From the NCBI GenBank assembly GCA_964252035.1, contig OZ176209.1: a stretch of DNA of 64,000 nt. The stretch is one strand, 5' to 3'. Of the stretch, positions 1-13,192 are shown one piece after another (position 1 is the first letter of the stretch; each line of letters opens with the position of its first letter). The notes beneath the pieces are model-generated. The model saw only the letters and a program-made list of their open reading frames with translations. It was not told the DNA's origin and ran no database searches. This DNA is from Podarcis erhardii. Its lineage: Eukaryota. Both the position numbers and the translations under genes were made by a program.

Positions 1-739
1 GAACACAGACAAAATTGCAAGATAATTGGGCAGAATTGTCCAAAATTGTAATAGCTTATAATCAGTGCAGAGGTCATGATAGACCTGCTAATTATCATTG
101 GATAGGTTGGTTGATTTAAAAGATTGTTTACTTTTCCTAGTTTGTATGTCTCTCTCTCTCTCTGCTTTTGGTGGCAGTTGATGTAAGTCTGTTCTCCCCA
201 CGGATGGAGGGGGGTGCCTGCTCCATTTTGTGGTTCTTTCACTTTCTCCTCTTTTAGAAGTTAACAGCCATTTTGCCCCACCCCCACAGCAGTCACCTTT
301 TGACTGGCACCCACAGCACTTTCTCAGAATTCCAAATGTACCCACTGGCCCAGAAAGGTTGGCAACCCTTTCACTAAAACTAGACCATATTTCAGGAGCC
401 CTGGATATTTTATCTTCAGAAGCACGTCTACATTTCCCCTCAGGAGACCAGGATAGCCTAGGATCCTTTGAATCCAAGCCACTTTCCAGAATGCCAATAG
501 TTCTGCTTTTGGCCATTCCAAGCTTGGAATTCCAACCTTGGTTGGGCCAGGGTTTCAGAGCAGCTGAGTGATGGAGATGAAGTATTTGACACTGGACCTG
601 AGTCTCAAGTCTGCCTTTTAACACTGGAAGGTTGGAGCTGCCATTTAAGCCACTGGGACACCATCCATAAGTTTGCTCCCCCCACCACACTTTCCAAATC
701 CAAATACTTGGGTATTTACTTTATTTCAATAATGCAGGT

Positions 740-1102
740 TATGTAAAGGACCCCTGACAATTAAGTCCAGTCGCGGACGACTCTGGGGTTGCGGCGCTCA
801 TCTCGCTTTACTGGCCAAGGGAGCTGACATTTGTCTGCAGACAGTTTTTCCAGGTCATGTGGCCAGCATGGCTAAGCCGCTTCTGGTGAAACCAGAGCAG
901 CGCATGGAAATGCCGTTTAGCTTCCCGACGGAGCGGTACTGATTTATCTACTTGCACTTTGACGTGCTTTCGAACTGCTAGGTTGGCAGGAGTTGGGACT
1001 GAACAACAGGAGCTCACCCCATCGTGGGGATTCGAACCGCTGACCTTCTGATTGGCAAGCCCAGAGGCTCAGTGATTTAGACCACAGCACCACCCACGTC
1101 CC
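740..1102 (-). mobile_element. Sauria SINE, full length, with target-site duplication
   Basis: tRNA-like head with GGATTCGAACC box, central conserved body, ACCTTT-type tail; 14-bp TSD TCAATAATGCAGGT at 726-739 and 1103-1116. Confidence 0.92.
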
Positions 1103-1479
1103 TCAATAATGCAGGTACCAGTTAATAAAGCCATCAGGAAAATGTTGCATTCTATTTGGCACACAACCCTATCTGGAATAAGATCAGATGATATACTGAA
1201 CTTTTAGGGTTGTTTGGTTTGGCTCCCTCTCCCACTCTTTGTGTCTGTGTTGTGTCATGCTGTAGCAGAGCTTCTTTCATGAAACTAAACAAAGACCAAT
1301 TGGTCTTTCCTCAACTGATAAAAAAACCCCTCCTCCTCCTTTAGTACCTTAAACACAGAAATTTATTTACTAAGATTATACTACCAAGCTGTTAACTGAG
1401 TTTGAACACTTGGTGATGAATATGAAATTTTATAGGAGCCTGTTATCTAAATGTATGGATTCTACTGATAATAAAATGA

Positions 1480-1900
1480 AGCACTATATAATCAGGTAAT
1501 GAGAAAGAGGTCTGGAGATGCTCAAGTTAGAAGAACATTGGAATTATATATGCAAGTTTCATCATAGCTATTCTTTACACATATTTTTGAGAGAAGACTT
1601 CTAGAAAACTTAAACCTTCCAAATTAACAAAAATGTATGCTGTCTGGGAATTGTGTAAGATATCGTTGAGTGGATGCCACCTATCTTCACACATGGTGGA
1701 GACATAGGAGGCTGGAAATATATTGGCAAAATATCTTAGGAGTAATTAAGAATATACATTTTTATAAAATCCAGTATAACCCATTAGTAGGCTTGTTCAG
1801 TGAACTAAAACTTACTCTGTTAGTTGACAGCCAGAATCTTTATTGGCAAAATTTTGGAAAAATGGCTTGAGTGGTTGAGAAAAGTGTTGCAGACTGCTTT
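1480..1900 (+). mobile_element. Degenerate L1/Tx1 LINE ORF2 C-terminal fragment
   Basis: Frameshifted peptides KPSKLTKMY, TYLHTWW..EIYWQNI and TARIFIGK resemble the L1 C-terminal cysteine-rich/knuckle region. Confidence 0.65.
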
Positions 1901-3773
1901 AATGAATACGTTAACATGTTCCAGATGGTTGTGGGATGGGAAGCTATGCTCATCCAGTTGTTTTTCTGAAACTTGGTCTCCTTTTATAATTTTTTGGGAT
2001 GGAGTTGTGCATGAAAAGAACATACGGCAAGGCACTTTAGAGCTGATTTAATATTATTTTGAATAAATGAAATATTTTGTTGTTGTTGCTGCTGCTGCTG
2101 CTTTAACTCAGCATTACCTATTATGGGATGCCTCCAAATGTATTTCTGCCTGAGCAGAACACACTCTCTTTCATGCACACTTTCCTTTTTGATGATCATG
2201 CCCACCCACTGCAGTTCCCCCATGTCTTCCCTGCAAAAGCTGCTCTCCTTAGGAATGTAGAACTTTTTAAAACAGTACGGGATGTGGCAGCAGAATCCTG
2301 CCTGATGCAAACACCTTTGGAAACATGCCTATGTGAGTAATGCTATTTTTCTTGTTCCATTTTTTATTTGTATATTTTTAAAAATAATATCTACCATAAA
2401 TGTTATCATTCAAAATTCTTAAGATCTTTTGCCAATTCATTTGTTAAAGTTTTTCTAGATAGCAAGTGAATTTATTAAAAGAATTTTGAAAGCTCCCTTT
2501 CACTAAAAATGATATGTAATTTAGATTATGCGTATGAATGTTTGATTTTCAAAGCATCTGAAGATTTATACAAAGGGTAGATATGGCCCAGCCAAGATTA
2601 GAATTAAATAAAGAATTAAGAGACATGGACAAGGAAACTTCCAACAAGATAAGGAATGAAATATGTCTGAACAACCAGTTTCTACTGTAACTTCTACTCT
2701 GCACTGAAGTATTTTTGGAATGACTACTGTGGAATCATCTGCACGGAAAATGCTGTTTCAGAACTGGTTATTCACATGATTTTTTTTTAAAAGAAGAAAA
2801 TATATGGGGATGACTGAATCCAACAGAACAGCTCTCAGATGTATGAATTCATAGGAATCTCTTCAAAAATATTTATCTGAAGGCAAACAGTATATCAGAA
2901 GAGTGTGAGCATCTCAGCTCCTTGAAGTGTTGGAACTTGGTCAGTGTTTGCAATTTAAAATTAAAGGATAAATCTTTCCAGGTGTGTGTGTGTGAGTGAG
3001 TGTAGTGTAGTGTCCTACCAAATGAAAAACATTTACAATCCTGAAATATTCAGTATGCCTCCAGAGACACAGAAAGCATACTAAACTGGGTTTGCTGTAT
3101 CTCTACCTAATATTCCTAATATCTCTAAACCAGGCATGGGATGGGGCTTGGGAGAGAAACATCACTAGACTGGGTTACCCTCGGGGAGAACTGGATCTCT
3201 TAAGCTAGAGGAATGCACTGGGACCATCTTGTGGTGTATCTTGTGGCACTTATCCTTCTTTCACATTGGCAGAGGATGATCCACATAGTTTCTTGCTACA
3301 TCTGTGTTGCTCACATGATTACTTCACGGAAGCAGGCATACTATTTGCTGATAATCTAAAAATGTGGCTTAGCTCTTTCAGCTTGTGTCTTTCCTAATGC
3401 AAATTTCTCTGCAATGGGTTTTTATTTGCTTGAAATGTACATGTGTCTAGAGATGAAGTTTGCCCAGTATTTCTGCTAGGAGGCTATTCTGCATTCATAT
3501 TCATACTTAGTGCACATACAAATTCTGCAGAAAGGTTCTGTGGAACTTAATAGTGAGTGACTCAAGCAAGAGGAAGCCAAAAAACCCTTATAGATTTGCC
3601 TTCAGAAAGTGCAAATAACTCATAATGTTGGCAAGGAACTTAGTAGCACTTCTGGGATGTCCAGAGAATCTTTGACCTCATTAAAAAAAATTAGTGTTAA
3701 AATGCACATTCAAAAGAGATCACATGTAAGCCCCTGACTCAATATGTTATTGTAGCTTTGCAGGATCATTTAA

Positions 3774-4116
3774 CTGTGGGTAAAACCTCAGTGCCTAGGA
3801 CTTGCCGATCGTCAGGTCAGCGGTTCAAATCCCCGCGGCGGGGTGAGCTCCCGCTGCTCGGTCCCAGCGCCTGCCAACCTAGCAGTTCAAAAGCACTCTT
3901 AAGTGCAAGTAGATAAATAGGAACCACTTTATAGCGGGAAGGTAAACAGCGTTTCCGTGTGCTGCGCTGGCTCGCCAGATGCAGCTTGTCATGCTGGCCA
4001 CGTGACCCGGAAGTGTCTCCAGACAGCGCTGGCCCCCGGCCTCTTAAGTGAGATGGGCGCACAACCCTAGAGTCGGACACGACTGGCCCGTACGGGCAGG
4101 GGTACCTTTACCTTTA
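3774..4116 (+). mobile_element. Sauria SINE, CpG-rich young copy
   Basis: GGTTCAAATCCC box, body homologous to 740-1102, ends GGTACCTTTACCTTTA. Confidence 0.9.
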
Positions 4117-5967
4117 TAGCCTTTTGTTGCTCCCGAACCCAGGGCTAATTTCAGAAAAGAAATTAGTTAGGCTTTTGTCAGCACTGCCCCCCTCCCATTA
4201 GGAAATGAAAAAGAATTAATTAAGTAGGAAGAGTAAAATTAAAAGCAACAATGTGCTTTCTCTGGGCCTTCTACTTGTGTGTTTGTGCTCCTCCTCCTCA
4301 CTGCGTCAGGCAGCCTCGAGCTCCACCTGAGCTTACGGCATTCTGGAGCCTGCTCTGCTAGGAGCAGGTCTGGGCATTGAGAAGGAGGCTGGAGATTTAG
4401 CAGCCGTGTTTAGCTGTTGGTCTTTTGCAATATTCATTACAAAAAGTTTTGAAGCATTCAGAGATAACACTTGTTTACACAATTTGTTATTGGGAACGGT
4501 TTAGTTTTCACAAAACATGGCTTTTCCGTCCATTTAAACTTTGGTTCATTGTTTTGTGAGGGTGACGTTGCACTAAGACATGCCAAATGCCTGTTAAAGC
4601 CCTTGGTGAGTACATCTCTGCCAACACATTTTTTAAAATCAAAATTAACAGAGAAGTTTTAAATTAAAAGTTTGTTTTGCAGGTTGTCATTCTTCCTATG
4701 CTGCAAGTTTCAAAATTGTCACCAGCTGCGTGAGGTCTCCCCTAGTCAGGAGACTGCCAGTTCCGCCTTCCACTCCAAGAAACCTATCACTGTCTTATGC
4801 CATCCGCAGGTTGGGATCCTGCCCAAGAAATCAAAGCAGAACTGGGAAACACACATTTCTTGTGAATGATCACTGTGGTTTAGTATATCTCCTGATTCAT
4901 TTCCCCTCCTGAGTGCTTCTCAGTCAATGATACACTGACAAATGGTTATGAGGAAGGGACAGTCGTGCTCTCCTGTTCAATACGGATTGTGTTGCTTTAA
5001 GTACAAGCCATGCTTGAGGCAGGCTGGGCAGAGCAGGGCACAGAGGGTGGTTTCTGTTTCTCTAACACCCGCTTCATGCATTACTTGCAGCGGCACGATG
5101 GTATGCTTATGCATGGTACTAGTTACGCACAACCCAAACTGGGAGGAAGTGTTGCAGGTGATGTACATCGCTCAGCACAACTATCTCGCAGAAGTTGCAG
5201 GCATTAACTTGCAGGGAGATAGCTTGGGTGCAATCGAGGGAGAGCAGCAATTCAAGGTAATGTCTGAAGGAATAGAAATGGCTGCTGGTGCATTTTGTAT
5301 GTTTCAGTGGAGTCTTGCAAGGAATTAAATATTCAAGGCTTCACTGGGATGACTTCACTGACCTCAAGAGTTGACCTCAAGAAAAGGCCGGGCCTGTACT
5401 CCCATATGAAAAATGTAGGATAAATATAGCAGGACCCATTTTCAAATTGCACTCACCTAGTAAAACAACCCCCCTGTAGTGATTGTGCCACACTGTTGCT
5501 CAGGGGCACCATTGGGGGGGGAGGGGGCAACCCCCCATATTTTCAAGGAAGGGGTCAGGCTTCTCCAGAATTCAGGGCCCTGCCACATCCCTTTGAGGAT
5601 CACCAGGGAGGGGCAGTGCAAAGCATCTTCGCCCCACACATCCCTTTGACGTTCACCAGAGCGCCTTCCCAGAGCAAAAGAAATGCCTGTGGAAGGGGTT
5701 GCACAGGGTGAAAATTTCTCCAAACAGCTCCCCCTGAAGCCCCCACAGTCTCTTCTCAGGTTCTGGAGACCTTGCTGAATGGAGTGGATTGTGAAATGAC
5801 AGCATAGAGGAGAAAATGAGGATCACTGAAAACCTGCCCACAGAAGGTGTCATTTGGGGCCATTCCCCCCTTCCTCCTCATCTCAAGCCCATTCAGAAGG
5901 GTCTCCTTATCCTTGGTAGAAGATTGGGGCAGTTGGCTTCTGGATAAAGAATGGGGTGGGATAGTTT

Positions 5968-6200
5968 TCATAGGATCATAGAATTGTGGAGTTGAAAGTG
6001 ACCCCAAATGTCATCCAGTCCAACCCCCTGCAATGCAGGAATCTCAGCTAAAGTGTCCATGACAGGTGGCCATCCAAACTCTGCTTAAAAACCTCCACAA
6101 CCTCCCGAGAGATTCCACTGTCAAATAGGCTCTCACTGTCGGCAAGTTTTTCCTGACGTTTGGTCAGAATCTCCTTTTTTTGTAACTTGAAGCCATTGGG
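5968..6200 (-). mobile_element. CR1 LINE 3' end fragment
   Basis: Reverse of the ATTCTATG tail (atcatagaattgtggagttg) plus the typical gtccaaccccctgc block. Confidence 0.75.
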
Positions 6201-6986
6201 GCACAGGTGGTCTTTTTGTTTCATGCCCGTAGAATAAAGAGTGTTTATGAGTCTATTTAGAATACGAAGTTAATTTTCAAAAAGTTCTCAAACAAGCTGT
6301 GCACAACAGAAGGTAAACAAATGCCAGAAACTAATTTGTCTCCCACCCCCAATATCTTGAAGAAACAGTGCATCTCTAGAGATGGACATCAGATATCAAG
6401 TCTAGCAACTGTTCTTAAGGTGTGTGTGTGTGTGCGCGCGCACGCGCGCCTACATGCACAACACAAACAGAAACCCATTCCCACTTTTATGATTTTTCTC
6501 TATTCAATGTTAAGAGATGGCCAGGATGATGTCTCCCTCTAGTGGGACTCCGGGAAGATAAGTTAAGGGTAAGGATTGATGTAAGAGCAGTAGGGCTGCT
6601 CTGGAAATACCCTCACTACTTGGAGTCCAAATGTACCTTCCTTCTCCAAGCTTGACCTCTGAAAACTGGAGTCCTGCAACCCTAGAGCAGAAGCAGTGAC
6701 TACCCAGCAACCCCCGACCTTCCTAAGAGAAAACCTGCTCCACTCATTTCCTGGAGCAGTTTCCTTTTTAAACCAATAAAGGTGAAGAATTAAGAAGTGA
6801 ACATTCAAACAGTGTTCTAAAAATGCAAAATGCCTCACTGAACTACAGAGGAAGATTCAGACAGATGACTAGAAAACACTTCATTTCCTGGAATCAGTTT
6901 GCAAAGCAGCTAAAAAGTTTTATGTGAGCCATGTCCATGTTTCATCCATCTTCGTTGTCCCCGAGAGGGGGCAATGACAATAAAGA

Positions 6987-6988
<2 letters not shown>

Positions 6989-7034
<46 letters not shown>
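6989..7034. repeat. (ATT)n microsatellite
   Basis: Directly visible; similar arrays at 38949-38990, 40922-40970 and 60462-60488. Confidence 0.95.
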
Positions 7035-9974
7035 CTTCACCCCAGTTCAGCAGGCATACAGGGCTTGTAATCAAATATCCATTATAGGGCATATATACAA
7101 TATTCTGTATTATATATTACATAGTAATATATTATATAGAAAAATATGCATTATCACATACCAGTATAATTAGTATATAGCTCTGCAATATCACAAGCTA
7201 TGTCTTTGTATGTAACGTCCTGGTTGCTCAAGGCATCTTCAGATGCCACATGGTGCAGCAAATTATGCTGAAACCAAGTTGGTCGGGGTCTGGCGAGTGG
7301 CTGGGAAGGAGGACTGCCTAGGAACCCTATTCATATACTGCTTAATCAGAAACCAACCACCTCTAAGCAGTTTACAAGAAAATACAGATAAAAATACTGA
7401 TAAAATCAGCAGCAGATAATGTAAAGTTATCAAACTTTAAACAAGTAGATAATGTAAAGTTATCAAAATCAACAGTTTTAAAAAACAAATATACCTAATA
7501 AAATTAAGTATCTGTTTTTAGTTTGAGCTTCCCAGGGGAATCCTTTCCTGGGGAATCTGGTTTTTGTTAGTGCTTCCCATAAATTAAATAAATAAGAAAA
7601 GAGTTTGTTAATCTGTGACAACTTCTAGCTGTGACTCAAATGCACCGAGATGGCCATAAGCATGCCAGTATCACAAGCAGAACTTGGCAGAGATGAGCTC
7701 TTATTAGAGTAGCTTTAGGAGCAGTTGTGGTGGTACATAAAAAGGCCAGCATATGCTGAGCTCTGCAGCCTGAGTTAGCATGACCAGGACCACCTCAGCC
7801 CATGGTAACAATGGCTGGAAGTTAGCCAGGTCATGCGCTTACCAGGTGATGATCAAAATCCCATGGGGCAGGGTGCACTGTTTTCACCAGATACTAGAAT
7901 CACATGTGTGGGAGAGATTCGCCATACAAAGTGTGCCCGCTTTTGCACATAGAAGACTTCATGTGAAGCACATAGTTCACATGATGCACTAGGCTTGGGT
8001 GGAAGGAGAGGCACACCTGTTACTTCACTAGATTAAATGAACATCTACCAGATAAGTGAATGAATGAGGCCACTCACTTATTTCTAAGGCAGGGGGTGGG
8101 GTGGCCTGAGGCCATAGGCTTGTAGAGTTTGCCCTATTTGAAGGGTGTGTTTTGCAGCAGGTAAAATTGCCTGAAAATATGGACTCAGCTATACTGGTAA
8201 AGATGGCAGTGTGGAGTCCTGTTTTTCTCTATCTGTTTTCCCTGTTTAAATTTAGTGCTTTAAATTGAAACACTTCTTTGATGTGTCTAGATCCAGCCTA
8301 TTAAAAGAAGGATTAACCTTATCTATAAAACATACAATTTCCAACAACTAGGATCCTGTCCTCAGCACTATGCACAAATAAGGACTGAGGGTTTTCAGGG
8401 TGAAATGACGTGGTATATGGGAAAACACATGTTTCTCAACCATTTGTCAGATGACATAAGTGTAAAGGGGCATTTTGGGGGGAAGAGGTTCCCCATATGG
8501 TGCTCGTCAACCAGGCTAGGTAGCCCATCTAGTAGAAGAAAAATTCTGGTCCTAAACCTTTGCTGCCTGGCAGGAAATCATCTGGAGAAGAAAAGGCTCA
8601 GGAGTAAACCCTAAGACAGTTGGATAGCACCATGTACGCCTCCTATGGGCAACTCCTGCAGCCAAGCTGGTGTTTTCCTTTGGACCACATCAGTGGGGCC
8701 GAGAGTGGGTCTCGTCATCTAGGCAGCCTAGGACTTCTACGGACACTGCACTGGGGAAGTAACTTGAGTGCTGTTAACACAGCAGTTTGACTTTACCCCC
8801 AGAAGTGCACTCCATTGGCACCAGACGGAACCAGCAGAAGGGAAGGGGTGCTTAACTCCCCTGCCTTACTGATTAACCCCTCAGAGGTGTGCCCCCCAGA
8901 CAAATTTCTCTTTCGCTTCGCTTCTTCTAGCCTCAGATACCAACTGAGGGAAAATCACAGGAAAGTATGGTTCACAAGGAAAGAGCAGCTTAATATTACA
9001 AAGCAAGTTCAATGTTGAAAATATTGTATTCGCTTTGTAATGTGTAGTCCAGCTGTATGATTGTGAAAATGCCACAAGCCCCTTATTGAAAGAAAATGTT
9101 AAAAATGCATGCACTCTTAGGCAGCAACAGCTTTTTAATTTTAGCTCACTATATTTAAATATTATATTTAATATACTGTTTTTGTTTGCTTGTTTCCTTT
9201 GTTAGGCTCAGAAAAAAGGCGAGTGCCGGCATTGTGAAGTCGTACCTCTTAATGGGAACAAGATCAAAACATGAATAGTCTCTACTGTATTGGTTTCACA
9301 ACCCTCCCAACAACTAAGAATGTCGGCATGACTCTAATTTAGAGATTCAAACTTTTTCAGATTTCTTATCATGGATACAAAATAAGTAACAAAGGATTGT
9401 CAGGAGCAGTTGTGGTGGTCCCTCTGGGCAAATTCCATCTATCCTAACTGGCCACCAGAAGTCCTGAGACTCAGAGAATGAGAAGTCTCTTATATCTTGA
9501 AACTTGCTAGGGACTGAACCTGGTGTGCTCTATCACAGACCGCTCCTTAGGAGCAACAAGGGTGGGCTGTGAAGTCTTCAAGTTAGCAATCTGCTACAGT
9601 GCTGGACCAGGAAAGAACAATAGGCAATACAGTTCTGTCTTCAGGTTGTGATTCTAAGCAAGTTCTGAAACAACAGGATTCACTTCCATGGGTCTTGTGG
9701 CCCATGACCCAATGGGCCTCTTTAGAACTGTATCTGTCTTCCCCGATTATCCTTGGGAGTGCAGTCTCTCTACTTGCCACAGAGAGAAGGGAATGTCTAA
9801 ATTAACTGAATTACTACCCAGAAGATTAAACCCTTTTCAAATAACCACAGACTCTCCCATTCAGGAAAGGAGGATGTGCTCCCAATCTATTCTCAGGGGG
9901 AAATAGCTCCTGAACAAGCCCAATAAATAAATAAAGCCATTTGCTCCAAGTTATTTTCCCCACCACCACCCCAA

Positions 9975-10148
9975 TTAATACATGTTTCTGTGATACACTA
10001 ACAAAAATGCTAAACTTTGAAAAACAAAATGAAACACAAAATTAGAGAAAGTAACTGACCATCCACACCACATGAAAACTTGCAGAAAAATGGAGATAGG
10101 AGCGGACATCATGGCAGAGGCACGACTCGTTGTGCATATAGGCTGATC
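9975..10148 (-). CDS. CACNA2D1: Candidate alternative 3' exon: DQPICTTSRASAMMSAPISIFLQVFMWCGWSVTFSNFVFHFVFQSLAFLLVYHRNMY*
   Basis: About 85-nt AG-free pyrimidine-rich tract, then taatag|GAT; in phase 0 with exon 38; early Cys then a hydrophobic tail; possible internal donor TG|gtcagt at 10054-10059. Confidence 0.5.
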   Translation of the reverse strand, partial: DQPICTTSRASAMMSAPISIFLQVFMWCGWSVTFSNFVFHFVFQSLAFLLVYHRNMY

Positions 10149-11604
10149 CTATTAATAACGGGCAAAATAGCAAGTAGAGGAAAGGAAAGAAAACACAGAA
10201 AGAAACACATACAAGATGAGATTTCATGCAGTTTGCTGGCAGTTAGCAGAGTTAATGTGAAAGCATTCACCCAAGAGCAAAGAATTTCACAGTGAGGATT
10301 GCAAAGTAAACTTAAGTAAAATATTACACTAATACAACTACAGAAGACACAGTTAACACAGATAATAGCACAACAAGCTAGTGAGCAAGACTCCTTGTAC
10401 TTTCACACACAACAGATCCAGGATCAAGAGCATGGAGATGGGCTAACAGTTGTTTCTCCCAATATTGCCGCCAACTATCTCCAGCACATGAATGTTTTCT
10501 TACTGTTAAAATTGGGTGCTCCAATGTTCTCAATGTGGCAAACACTTTACAACAAAAAATACCCATTTGTGTTCATGTTCTTTAAAAAAATATGTATAGT
10601 ATAGTCTAGATCTGGGACTCTCAAATTTTGGTACAGGAATAATTTCTACCAGGATCACCAACTCTAGTGGCAGAAGAGGCATTGGGTTGGATCATTAGCA
10701 GGAATGGGAGGAAAGGGGGATTCCCTGAAAGAATCTTGGAAGGTGGTGCTTCCTATCCAGAAGCCCAAGTCAAGGGCTGATGGGCCACAGGGCACACCAA
10801 AAGCAGTTCACACCATGGAAGACTGCTAACCATGGTCAACCACAGCTGTCAATCAACCGGCAAGTGGGTTGGTTGATCATTGGCTACGCGCCCAATGCCA
10901 ATGCCAAATAAAGTTGTGGTCTAATTTCAATCCAACACATGTCTCATAGTCTTTACTCACTACCTGCTCGCTCCTCAACCATCTCACTGTCCATGGAACC
11001 AAAATATGGCAACCCTTAATTAATCCAATATGGCAACCCTTAATTAATCCAATTAATCTAGATCAGGGGCTGTGAACCTGTGAACCCCGTCCCCCAAGTT
11101 GTTGGACTTTCATCATCTCTGACCTGGCTGGGACTGAAACATCTGGAGGGCCACAGGTTCCCCACCCCTTACTTTTGATCCACTAGATCTACTATTCGCA
11201 GGGAAGACTGGGACCAGGCAACTACACTGCATCTTCAGGACAAGAAGAAAAGCCACAGAGTTTTCTAGGCATTTTTTTCAAAGGTTCTGATGACAGGATT
11301 GCCAAGCAGTTACTATGATGCACAGAATGGTAGCAAATATTGCCCTACCTCCCTCTTTAAAAGAATCATGTGTGAAAGCACAGCAATTGCAGCAAAGGCA
11401 ACGCAGAAAAAAAGCAGCTGTTAATTTTATGTTAATCATGGGAACATTTGAAATAGAGTGACTATGATTCAGAGTCAACAATCAATTTAATGGAAGATAG
11501 GTTAACATCAATGGGCATTTCAAGGTGCAAAGTAATCATTTAAAAAAACTTTTTTTCTAGTGCAGGGAAGGCATTTCCTCCATTTCTTAGAAAAGCAAAC
11601 TTAC

Positions 11605-11687
11605 GTCAATATCATCATCAAAGCAGACATCGGGCCCTTTTCTGTATCTGGGTTGCTGAACCATTTCACAGGGGTTTGGGCCCTCAT
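11605..11687 (-). CDS. CACNA2D1: CACNA2D1 exon 38 (83 nt) [27 protein letters not shown]
   Basis: ttccttaactgacattcag|ATGAGG...ATTGAC|gtaagt. Confidence 0.96.
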
Positions 11688-13156
11688 CTGAATGTCAGTT
11701 AAGGAACATGGATAATGGAATGCTCACATTTGCTAGGAGAAGAAAAAGAAGAAGAAGAAGAAGAAGAAGAAGACGACAAACTAGAAAACACAAAGAGAGT
11801 GAGGAATTGCAGGGTTTGAACTGGGAGCCTTACCTGGTGAGGTGCTATGGACTGTGTGTGTAGAGACTAGAGATGTGTGAGACCCCTCAATAAACTGTGT
11901 TTTTCAAGTGTGCCAGTTGAATGCTTGAGAAACTATGAAGGATTTTGGGTGTTCAGTGTGAACCCTTGGAAAGCCCTATTTAGCTACTATTCTGCCTTCC
12001 CTGCCAGTCCTCCCCCTTCCCTAGTGAAAAAGGTTTTGTGGATGACATACCAGAGAGTGTGTGGCTCTTAACAGCACACTAGAAACCATACCAGGCCTCT
12101 CCTTAGCTACAAATTTTATGTTAAAGTCCCACGATCCCCAGCAGGAAATGATGCTTCTCCTTCATTAATGGCAGCCAATTCAGTTCAGCCTATTTGAAGG
12201 AGGCTGAACCTGGAGAATTTGGGTTTGTCAATTCGAGCTGGGAGAGACCCCAGGTGTATAGACACCAGAGGCCATTCAAACACAGCAGGGGAAAATGGCG
12301 TACTACATCAACCCCTGAGTTATGAAGCCCCTGGATTGGCTAGACATCAAGCCTGGATTTATCCCTCCAGGTGCCCTTTTTATTGTGCATTCATGATTAT
12401 ATCAGAGCAGTTATATGTGATTCTGATTTCAGTACTGTTTGTGCCTGTAGTAGCTGTGGCAGACATACTGCTTTATTTCCAGTTGCTGCATGTCCTATAT
12501 CTTCCTGGTGAGATCCTGCAACTTTTCATACCACAGGCAGCATATAAATGTAAGTCTAAAGTAGGTGGGAGAAAATGGTAACTTGAAAGGGAATTTGTGT
12601 GGTCCTAACTTGAAGATGGAGAGGATTGGGGCTGAAATATCAAGGCAAAGTGTGGGATTTAGAACATCTTTACTGTTTTCATGGCAGAGAAGACCATGGC
12701 CATTAATGTATGGCAAAGCAACATATCATGTACTGTACAATAAAACATGGAAATTTTGGGCAACAATAAACTAATCAGGCCTGCTAACAGAAGCTAGCAG
12801 AAGAACTTCTGCTAGTGCAATGGGGCTTTCCTTCTGTGTGCCCAACGAATTGGCCTGGATGTTTTTGTGTCAGGAGAAGTCCCAGAACAATGCACAGGGG
12901 GAGGAGAGGGGAAATCAAGGAAGGAGAAATAATTGTGCTGCTGCAGCAATATCCTTAGTGGTATGTTGAATTCCCTCCTTTAAGTGTGTCAATCATTCTC
13001 TTAAGGGTTTTTGATTCCAACAATATTGTGTTTGTGTTATATATTAAGATCATCCAAGCAGGGTGCTAGCATGGAGTGGGTATCTCACATTAGATGAGAA
13101 ATGGAAGAGATACATTCCTGTGTTGATCCACTATTCACAGAAACAGTTTCCAGTCC

Positions 13157-13192
<36 letters not shown>

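Noticed and set aside
88-690. 200-aa minus-strand ORF, with an overlapping 113-aa plus-strand ORF
   Set aside because: Non-ATG start, no recognisable domain, no hydrophobic GPI-type tail and no resemblance to CACNA2D1 exon 39. Likely chance, though untested.
5640-5762. ctccag|NLRRDCGG... as the canonical last exon
   Set aside because: DCGG spacing fits, but the acceptor lacks a pyrimidine tract and the following sequence (FRGSCLEKFSP...) is not hydrophobic.
6910-7173. Poly-Ile/poly-Asn ORFs (also 26021-26395, 38805-39230, 51999-52253)
   Set aside because: Translations of (AAT)n or (AT)n microsatellites.
11278-11352. GGRAIFATILCIIVTAWQSCHQNL* as a terminal exon
   Set aside because: Needs a weak GAG acceptor and lacks the conserved Cys. 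The stronger AAG acceptor gives an unrelated short peptide.
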